Notes under the pieces: generated by a model
Told to the model about the DNA's origin: nothing
Database searches by the model: none
Seen by the model: the letters and a program-made list of their open reading frames with translations, nothing else
NCBI GenBank assembly: GCA_001687465.1
Contig: LVLI01000250.1
Coordinates: 62,001 to 105,897 of the forward strand
Source of the DNA: Halocafeteria seosinensis
Lineage: Eukaryota
Length of the DNA: 43,897 nucleotides
Reading direction: 5' to 3'
Made by a program: the position numbers and the translations under genes
Shown here: positions 36,266-43,897 of the stretch, piece after piece
How the letters are laid out: every line of letters starts with the position of its first letter
How positions within the stretch are numbered: the stretch's first letter is position 1

Positions 36266-37709
36266 ATGGCGGACTGTCCTGTAGCGCCTGTGCAATGCGT
36301 GGCCCTCGGTATCGAGGGCAGCGCCAATAAAGTAGGCGTGGGGATTGTGCGCTATGATCCTCATAAGACCTATTCACAGGCTAAATTGGACGAAATGGAT
36401 GAATTATCCCGTGAACGAGAGCAGCAAAAGTGTTATTCTATCCTGTCGAACCCTCGAAAGACGTATTTGACCCCTCCGGGACAAGGATTTCTGCCCCGGG
36501 AAACAGCATGGCATCATCAGAAAGTAAGACATAGCCTATTTCATACAGCCCACAAGTGCCTTTTTTTATAGGATACCACTGCGCTGCAGCATGTGACGAT
36601 GTTGGTCAAGGAAGCCTTGCAGGAAGCCCAGTTGACGCCGCAAGATATTGATGTCATCTGTTTCACTCAAGGTCCTGGCATGGGTGCCCCTTTGCAATCA
36701 TGTGCACTATGCGCTAGAACTCTAAGTTTACTATGGCAGAAACCATTGGTCGGTGTCAATCATTGTATTGGCCATATCGAAATGGGGCGAATAGCCACAG
36801 GAGCGCATGATCCTGTTGTCCTCTATGTTAGCGGAGGAAACACGCAAGTCATCTGCTATTCCAAAAACAGATACAGAATCTTCGGTGAAACGATCGATAT
36901 CGCCGTAGGAAACTGCCTCGATCGCTTCGCGCGTGTCATAGGCCTATCTAATGATCCCTCTCCGGGATACAATATTGAACAGGAGGCGAAGAAGTATGTT
37001 TCTCGGTGGTATTGGGGGAAGAATAACTGCGAACGCCTTGTACTTGCGACTGGCGCAGGGGACACAAACTTATTGAACTACCCTACACTGTTAAAGGAAT
37101 GGACGTCTCCTTTGCAGGCATACTGACACATGTAGAACAGGAAACTGTGTAAGTTCTACCAAAGGGAAGGGGGGTATGTGGGTGCTATTGTCTATCGCGT
37201 ACTCACATTGACACAGGAAATTGCTAAAGAAGAACAAGTGTACCAAAGCTGACCTCTGCTTTTCGTTGCAAGAATCAGTGTTTTCAATGCTCGTGGAAAT
37301 TACTGAAAGGGCCATGGCCCACGCGAACACTAACGAGGTTTTGATTGTTGGAGGGGTAGGATGTAAGCTAATGTTGCAGTATGGTCTTGCAAGAAGTCAG
37401 TCCCCGTGGATTACATACATTCCATCTACAGGTAATGAAAGACTACAGGAGATGATGGGTATTATGGCGAATGAACGGGGAGGAAAAGTGTATGGAATGG
37501 ATTCCAGGTATTGTATTGACAACGGAGGTATGATTGCTCAAGCCGGTATTCTGGAATACCAGAGCCGGAGAACTACCCCACTAGATTCCACACGCTGTAC
37601 CCAGAGGTATGATATTCCCTACCTTCTAGACGAGCACATTTGCAATATGATATGGCTGATGAAATCCAGATTTAGGACTGACCAAGTGTATGTCAAATGG
37701 AGGAAGTGA
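36266..37709 (+). CDS. KAE1: tRNA N6-threonylcarbamoyltransferase KAE1/OSGEP (KEOPS), multi-exon
   Basis: [86 protein letters not shown]. Confidence 0.96.
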
Positions 37710-37920
37710 AAGTATAGCATCTCACTCTTTCGTTTACGCCCCCAGAGGAGTCCGTGGTAGCACTTCCAATATCGTTCCATTAGCAGATGCAGCCCCAACT
37801 TGATAATAGTGTACGTTCCCATTTTTGAAAACAATCAAGAATCGTCGTTTGCGACTTCCAGTTGTACCTGGTAGTAGAAGTAGTTGTACAAGTTGTACTA
37901 CTATTTGTACAGTTGTGCCG

Positions 37921-38095
37921 TATGTTGTTTGTTTCTGAGCTGAAAACCCCATGATACGAAAACACACACTTCAGGGAGAGTAAAACCGAATAAGAAATAT
38001 TCATTTGTCAGCTTTCGTCGTCGTGGAGTCGTGGCTGCTAATTGTTCAGAAGGAAATGGGCCAAAGCGTGATAAATCATGCAGGTTGGTGCTGGC
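37921..38095 (+). pseudogene. 5' relic of an O-methyltransferase gene (upstream region + first ~20 codons)
   Basis: Aligns with ~39882-40046 (shared tgatacgaaaacacaca, attcatttgtcagctttcgtcgtc, cagaaggaaatgggccaaagcgtgataaa). The start ATG reads GTG here, there is a 1-nt deletion (gataaatc vs gataaaatc), and similarity stops at ~38095. Confidence 0.85.
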
Positions 38096-38247
38096 GTCTA
38101 CCCCAGTATATTCTCTCTGCACTGAGCCCGACGCTGTGAGTCGCGACAAGCGAGTCGAGCCGTGAGCCACCTCTGAGGCTATTCGTAGGTTTGTTCAGAT
38201 ATCCCGGAGTATTTAATGCAAAGTTTGTTTATTCATCAGTGGAGGAA

Positions 38248-39309
38248 TCAAACTTGCGTTTGGATCAGCCAAGCTATCCTATAGTGCATTCGTAAGACCA
38301 TGGTGCTCCTCAGTTTTTCAGGTTTCTTACAGGAGAGTCGCCTTAAGTTCCCTTCACTCCAGCCAGCCTGACTGAGAGCCCTTTCTGTTGGCGCACAAGA
38401 TGCTGGAATACACAGAAACTTGGATCGGAGCCAGCGCAGGGTAGTACGATTCATTCTCCTTTCAGAACGATAGCACCGAACACGAAGATTCTTCATTATG
38501 GGAAGTTTTGACAAACGGCATCTTCTGAGAATTTCAATCGAATGTTTGAAGCTCTTCAAGTATTCGAATTTCCAACAATGTATTTTCCGGTCGCATTCCG
38601 AACATACCTCCATCTTCATCTTCGGATGGAATATCTGATTCATTCCTCGTTAACTAATGTCTCCAATCCAGTTTCTCGACCGCAAAATCGTGTTTGTAAC
38701 TCTTGCAAATCATTCAACGAAATGAAATAGGAACGTGGAATGTTCTGTCTCGTCAAGGTCACCCAGACACGTCTTCCGATAGCAATACCAATACACACCC
38801 ATAGCCTGAAAAAAATCTAGGTAGTGTCGTAGACGATGGTTCGCTCCCTAGCATCCCTTGGATCAAACTGATTGGAGCTTCTTGACAGCCTGCAGGCTTC
38901 TTACAAAATCTTGGGTCTAAGAAACAACGCTCTCTAGGGGATTTTCGTTGCTTCCTCAAAAAAATTAATAGCTTCTGCTGTACGTTTTCGACGATATGCT
39001 TCTTCTCATCGATTAAACCATCGTGTGCTGTCCGTATTGCAGGCAATTACTGTTGCAGTCTTTCAAGCATACTTCTAGTCGACATAACCGGTGCCGGTGT
39101 GAACAGGAGTGTTGTCAACAACCTCTCCTGAGTGTGTTCCGGAACTTTCCCGTTTTAAATGATTTGGAGAGCTCTTGCTGTGAGTTTACAGATACACTTT
39201 TACTTGGGAGAACCCCAAATTCGTCATCGCCAAAACCGGTCTTGACTTCTTCGTTTTCTCCTAAATTAAACGGTAAATTTCTCGCACAGTAACTGTCGCT
39301 GCTTAACAC
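38248..39309 (-). mobile_element. Decayed hAT-superfamily DNA transposase
   Basis: Fragments occur in hAT order across several frames: ARNLPFNLGENEEVKTGF, FLDPRF, and the dimerisation domain KFLCIPASCAPTERALSQAG. There are multiple stops and frameshifts; the element may extend over ~38100-39870. Confidence 0.72.
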
Positions 39310-39381
39310 GGGCGCTTACCGCTCCTCGTTAAGAGGATGTGGTCAACTTCCCGGCCGGTGGGCTATCTGTCACATTTGTGT
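39295..39381. repeat. 87-bp direct repeat, copy 1
   Basis: gtcgctgcttaacacgggcgc...ggctatctgtcacatttgtgt; 3 mismatches against 39643-39729. Confidence 0.92.
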
Positions 39382-39642
39382 GTGTACCTTCTAAGTCCCC
39401 AGTCGTCAAGGAGTTACAGCGTATTTTTCCAGTCCCCCAGTACTTCTCAATCTTCCAGAAGTCCCAGTGTGTCTTTCCAATCTACCAGAAGTTCCAGGGC
39501 TACGTTTCAGTTCCCTCTCAATCTTCTACAGTAACTAGCATCCCAGTACGGTTGTCGATGCGATTTTGACGAGTGGAGTTGCTATTGGAAAACTTTCCGA
39601 AACCTGTCTCGACAATGCTTAATTGGTGCCATTAGTTCTGCC

Positions 39643-39729
39643 GTCGCTGCTTAACACGGGCGCATACCGCTCCTCGTTAAGAGGATGCGGTCAACTTCCC
39701 GGCCGGTGGGCTATCTGTCACAGTTGTGT
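39643..39729. repeat. 87-bp direct repeat, copy 2
   Basis: Near-identical to 39295-39381 at an offset of 348 bp. Confidence 0.92.
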
Positions 39730-39981
39730 TGTGCAAGAATTCCCCCCTGACTGAAGCCGGCTCGAAGTGTGAGCGCTCGACTACCACCCGCGAGAGTGAA
39801 ATTTCTAAAATATAAAATTAACCAAAAAAATTACAAAGCAATAAAAATTAACGTTAATAACTCGACTCAGCATAGTGTACTCATGTTGTTCGTTTCTGGT
39901 TTGAAAATCCCGTGATACGAAAACACACATTTGGAGAGATAAAAACAAATAAAAAACATTCATTTGTCAGCTTTCGTCGTC

Positions 39982-41028
39982 ATGGCTTCTAAATGCTCAG
40001 AAGGAAATGGGCCAAAGCGTGATAAAATCATGCAGGTTGCCGCCGGTTTCATGGGATCTAAGACTCTCATGGCTGCTGTGAAGTTTGGACTATTTACGGA
40101 GCTGTCCCAGAAGCCACAGGGAGGTGAATCTATTAGAGAGCGGTTAAACCTGCATCCCAGATCACTGTATGATTTCCTGGATGCATTGGTATCCTTGGGT
40201 TTTCTCAACCGGAACGGGGGGATGAGGGAAGACGCGACTTACTCTAATTCTGAGGACGCGGAAGCGTTTCTGGTTTCTAACAAACCGGAATACATTGGTG
40301 GAATGCTGGAACTATTCAATGAGCGGACGTATAAATATTGGGGTGATCTCGAAGAAGCATTGCAAACAGGCAAGCCGCAGAATGAGACAAAGCATGGGGG
40401 CAAGTCTGTCTTCCACACCATTTCCGCTAATAAAGAGAAGCTCCGAGGATTTCTCTCAGGGATGAGAGGTCTGCATCTCCCATGCTTCGTCACTCTGGCA
40501 GAACAATTCGACTTTTCTCCCTACAAAACTGTTTGCGATATAGGCGGTGGAGCGGCAGACTTGTTGATTGAAGTAGCCAAAGCAAACAAGCACTTGAGTT
40601 GCATTAATTTCGACCTGCCCCCTGTGGGTCCGGTGGCTCAGGAAGCCGTGGAAGAAGCTGATCTTGGTGATCGAATCGAGATCCGTAGTGGAGATTTTTT
40701 CTCGGATGACTTCCCTAAGGCTGATGTAATCATTATGGGGCACATCCTTCACGACTGGGGGATGACGGAGAAGAAACAACTCATTCAGAACGCGTACTCC
40801 GCGCTTCCCGATGGAGGGGCATTCATTGTTGTGGAGGAAATTATTGATGATGACCGTTCACAGAACACGTTCGGTCTCTTTATATCCCTCACAATGCTGG
40901 TTGAAACCACAGGCGGGTTCGATTCCTCTTGCAAGGACTTGACCGAATGGACGAAGAAAGCTGGTTTTGCTAGAACGGAGAAGCTTCATTTGAGCGGCGC
41001 GACTAGCGCAGTAATTGCCTATAAATAG
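39982..41028 (+). CDS. SAM-dependent O-methyltransferase (Methyltransf_2/ASMT-like with dimerisation domain), copy 1, intronless
   Basis: GFMGSKTL, CDIGGG, FDLPPV, GDFF, MGHILHDW, LPDGG; ATG at 39982. Confidence 0.93.
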   Translation: MASKCSEGNGPKRDKIMQVAAGFMGSKTLMAAVKFGLFTELSQKPQGGESIRERLNLHPRSLYDFLDALVSLGFLNRNGGMREDATYSNSEDAEAFLVSNKPEYIGGMLELFNERTYKYWGDLEEALQTGKPQNETKHGGKSVFHTISANKEKLRGFLSGMRGLHLPCFVTLAEQFDFSPYKTVCDIGGGAADLLIEVAKANKHLSCINFDLPPVGPVAQEAVEEADLGDRIEIRSGDFFSDDFPKADVIIMGHILHDWGMTEKKQLIQNAYSALPDGGAFIVVEEIIDDDRSQNTFGLFISLTMLVETTGGFDSSCKDLTEWTKKAGFARTEKLHLSGATSAVIAYK

Positions 41029-41039
41029 TGGGATATTGC

Positions 41040-41470
41040 AATCAATACAATCGTTGCGGATCCTTGTATCACTGCGAGAAATAACAAGATAGCGCTTTTG
41101 AGCCCATCCCTCCGTAGGTTTGGTAGGCGAATGGAATGAAGAACTTCTCCCCGCCTCCCTTGCCAGCTTGAGATATTTGTTGTCCTTCTCTCTCTCTCTC
41201 TTATCAGCGTGGCATACGTCGGTTTGAGGTGTTGCTGGTGTGGTGGAGGAGGGTTGAAGGGTGGGTGACCGTGACGTCAATCGCATATATGCCCTCTGGC
41301 TGCATAACCTCGATGTCTGATCTTCTCTTCGTGGTTGCGCTTATCGGCTGCTCCGTTTTCGCCCACATCCCCCAGTGCGTGAGTACTCCTGCTATAGAAT
41401 CTTGTTGAAGACGCTTTCTCCGGATTTGGCTATCCGTCGGATTCCGCACCATACCACACCGACGCACAAT
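41040..41470 (-). mobile_element. 3' relic of an RLE-type (CRE-like) non-LTR retrotransposon
   Basis: Minus-strand fragments across frameshifts: KTEQP..RRSDIEV..YAIDVTVTHP, ADKREREKDNKYLKLA, FFIPFAYQTYGGMG, LAVIQGSA. This matches the motif order of restriction-like endonuclease C-termini. Confidence 0.75.
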
Positions 41471-41581
41471 ACCGGCTACCGGCTATTACACCTTCTGCGC
41501 AGAACACGGATTGTTTTTTCCTTCTACCACGAAACGAACGACTGTCATCTGCACCAGTTTTTGAACCGCGTGCTTATCACC

Positions 41582-42622
41582 ATGGAGGCCTCTGCGGAGA
41601 ACGGGCCTCAGGCCGATAAGATAATGCAAATCGGGACAAGTTTCATGGCGTCGAAGACGCTTATTACTGCAGTAAAATTTGGCTTGTTCACCCATCTGTC
41701 GAACAATCCTCAGAGTGGAGACGATATTGCTAAAGCTCTCAAGCTACACCCACGGTCTGTTTATGATTTTTTAGATGCATTGGTCTCCTTTGGCTTCTTG
41801 CGAAGGACCGGAGGCATTAAGGAGGACGCGATCTACTCGAATTCAACGGATGTGGACACATTTTTGGTTTCCGGAAAGCCCCAGTACATTGGGGGATTTC
41901 TCGAAATGTGCAACGATCGACTCTACAAATTCTGGGGAGACCTCGATGAGGGTTTACGTACCGGGGAACCCCAGAATGAAGCTAAACACTCACAACGGCC
42001 TACTTTCGATACTCTTTATGCAGACGAAGAGAAGCTGCGAGGTTTCCTTGCAGGGATGCGTGGTGTACAACTTCCTAATTTTGTTGCACTAGCAACAAAG
42101 TTTGACTTCTCTCGGTATCAAACCCTTTGTGATATAGGAGGCGCTGCAGCTGACCTGTCCATTGAAGTGGCTCAAGCGAATCCTCATATCAAATGCCTGT
42201 CTTTCGATCTTCCTCAGGTCGAACCTGTTGCCAAAGAGTTCATTGAGAAATCAAAGGTCGCTGAACGTATTGAAACGCGTACTGGTGATTTCTTTGTCGA
42301 TGATTTCCCCAAAGCAGATGTGATCACGATGGGCAACATTCTACACGATTGGAGTCTTGAAGAGAAAAAACAATTGATTCGAAAGGCCTATGACGCACTT
42401 CCCGATGGTGGAGCATTCATTGTAATTGAAAACATTATCGATGATGATCGTCGCGAGAATACGATTGGCCTCCTTATCTCACTCACTATGTTGATCGAGA
42501 CCCCAGCGGGATTTGATGCTTCTTGCAAAGACCTAACTGAGTGGACATCGGAAGCTGGTTTCCGTCGAACCGAAAAGATGCATCTCCATGGCCCTTGCAG
42601 TGCCGTGATTGCCTATAAATGA
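41582..42622 (+). CDS. SAM-dependent O-methyltransferase, copy 2, intronless
   Basis: MEASAENGPQADKIMQIG aligns with the copy 1 start; CDIGGA, FDLPQV, GDFF, MGNILHDW. Confidence 0.93.
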   Translation: MEASAENGPQADKIMQIGTSFMASKTLITAVKFGLFTHLSNNPQSGDDIAKALKLHPRSVYDFLDALVSFGFLRRTGGIKEDAIYSNSTDVDTFLVSGKPQYIGGFLEMCNDRLYKFWGDLDEGLRTGEPQNEAKHSQRPTFDTLYADEEKLRGFLAGMRGVQLPNFVALATKFDFSRYQTLCDIGGAAADLSIEVAQANPHIKCLSFDLPQVEPVAKEFIEKSKVAERIETRTGDFFVDDFPKADVITMGNILHDWSLEEKKQLIRKAYDALPDGGAFIVIENIIDDDRRENTIGLLISLTMLIETPAGFDASCKDLTEWTSEAGFRRTEKMHLHGPCSAVIAYK

Positions 42623-43318
42623 TCCACTTTGTGGAATTGCGTGTGCAACATGTCGGTTCCTTGCCGGTAGGACATAAGCTAAATGTCTTTTGATTCGGCC
42701 CGAGTTTCCACTTTGTAACATATATTACACGTCTATCCCTGCCAGCTGTCTGTGGAAATTAAGGTCTTTGCTTCATGCTTGATTATTAATTGTACATCCC
42801 CCGCCCCCTCCCCCATCTTCTGCTTCGTGCTCTGTGCCTGGTGCCAACGGATGCGTCATTTGCATCCTATTGCTTGGGCTTGGTGTTTTTTACAATGATT
42901 GAATCACCAATTTCGAAAATGCAGTACAGGAAACGGACGACGACGATGTGACTGATGGCCGGAAACGGTCTTCAGCCTCGTGAGAATTAAGTTAATAATA
43001 CAGTATGTCTGATATGCCAGAGACTAATATTTAAGTCGGGATGCGTAGCGTCAAAAAAGAAGCCTCTCAAGCACAGTCTCATCCAAACACTTTGACCAAC
43101 ATGTGCATTGGGCAGCAATTGGGCTATGCCGCATAGCCTATGCGCCAATGATACATTTCACTTGACTCAGTTGAAGGACGGGAAATGACTACGTCCAGAA
43201 ACCGTTATCCATGTCGAAAAGGATTGTTGGTTTTGTTCTTTTCTTCGATGAGGAAACCGCACGAAACAAGTGGAATTTTTTTTTGGTCAATAATCAATTA
43301 ATTCCAAGAGATATCAAC

Positions 43319-43897
43319 ATGCCGACATCTGAGGGTAATGAGCCTCGGGCCGATATGATTATGCAAGTTGGGACCGGGTTTATGGCATCCAAAACACTGA
43401 TTACGGCGGTGAAGTTTGGCTTGTTCACCCATCTGTCGAACAATCCTCAGCGTGGAGACGATATTGCTAAAGCTCTCAAGCTACACCCACGGTCTGTTTA
43501 TGATTTTTTAGATGCATTGGTCTCTCTTGGCTTCTTGCAAAGGACCGGAGGCATCAAAGAGGACGCGATCTACTCGAATTCAACGGATGTGGACACATTT
43601 TTGGTTTCCGGAAAGCCCCAGTACATTGGGGGATTTCTCGAAATGTGCAACGATCGACTCTACAAATTCTGGGGAGACCTCGATGAGGGTTTACGTACCG
43701 GGGAACCCCAGAATGAAGCTAAACACTCACAACGGCCTGCTTTCGATACTCTTTATGCAGACGAAGAGAAGCTGCGAGGTTTCCTTGCAGGGATGCGTGG
43801 TGTACAACTTCCTAATTTTGTTGCACTAGCAACAAAGTTTGACTTCTCTCGGTATCAAACCCTTTGTGATATAGGAGGCGCTGCAGCTGACCTGTCC
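43319..43897 (+). CDS. SAM-dependent O-methyltransferase, copy 3 (runs off the right edge)
   Basis: MPTSEGNEPRADMIMQVGTGFMASKTLITAVKFGLF..., open to the window end; near-identical to copy 2 at an offset of 1740. Confidence 0.92.
   Translation, partial: MPTSEGNEPRADMIMQVGTGFMASKTLITAVKFGLFTHLSNNPQRGDDIAKALKLHPRSVYDFLDALVSLGFLQRTGGIKEDAIYSNSTDVDTFLVSGKPQYIGGFLEMCNDRLYKFWGDLDEGLRTGEPQNEAKHSQRPAFDTLYADEEKLRGFLAGMRGVQLPNFVALATKFDFSRYQTLCDIGGAAADLS

Noticed and set aside
39440..39510. LNLPEVPVCLSNLPEVP, resembling a bacterial-type LRR
   Set aside because: Only two short units in a small frame; explained by the nucleotide-level tandem repeat.
39294..39729. The direct repeats as classical LTRs or a CRISPR array
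   Set aside because: Only copy 1 has a TG..CA frame, similarity extends past it, and there is no TSD, adjacent PBS or PPT. Two 87-bp units with no cas genes in a eukaryotic context are not a CRISPR array.
39747..39770. Hammerhead-like CTGACTGA..GAAG
   Set aside because: The core deviates from CUGANGA/GAAA and stems I and III could not be built.
38120..39878. CACTG...TAGTG ends suggesting a CACTA element
   Set aside because: The inverted match is only a few bases, there is no TSD, and the internal protein motifs are hAT-type.
41375..41581. 69-aa N-terminal extension of OMT copy 2 in the ORF track
   Set aside because: It starts at a non-ATG codon, overlaps the antisense retroelement relic, and the paralogs start at the position equivalent to 41582.
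1..43897. Alternative genetic code, non-canonical introns, or tRNA/rRNA genes
   Set aside because: The in-frame stops I examined are resolved by GT-AG introns, and I saw no tRNA or rRNA signature by eye. tRNAscan and Infernal were not run.

Overview
Gene-dense eukaryotic (protist) genomic DNA, with short canonical GT-AG introns (mostly ~55-90 nt) and the standard genetic code; the species cannot be named from sequence alone. A stramenopile affinity is an inference from the Arl18-like GTPase, the presequence-bearing phosphoserine phosphatase and the transmembrane calpain. Positions 1-37.7 kb hold 15 genes, mostly spliced: a receptor combining a Venus-flytrap domain, an EGF-like module, a transmembrane helix and a degenerate histidine kinase (its last visible exon is missing from the ORF track because it runs off the left edge); an Arl8/Arl18-like GTPase; a LYR-like+DUF179 protein; an OLE1-type delta-9 desaturase-cytochrome b5; a SNAP-25-family SNARE; a PH+CLU+TPR protein; phosphoserine phosphatase; an SLC25 carrier; V-ATPase D; UFD1; UTP23; a PP2C; a DCC thiol oxidoreductase; a DEK1-like multi-pass calpain with a long ER/K helix; and KAE1. 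From 37.9 kb to the end is a dynamic accessory region: a tandem array of intronless, bacterial-type O-methyltransferases (two complete, one cut by the window edge, one 5' relic) interleaved with a decayed hAT transposase, an 87-bp structured direct repeat and an RLE-type non-LTR retrotransposon relic. Exon boundaries were read by eye and are predictions.
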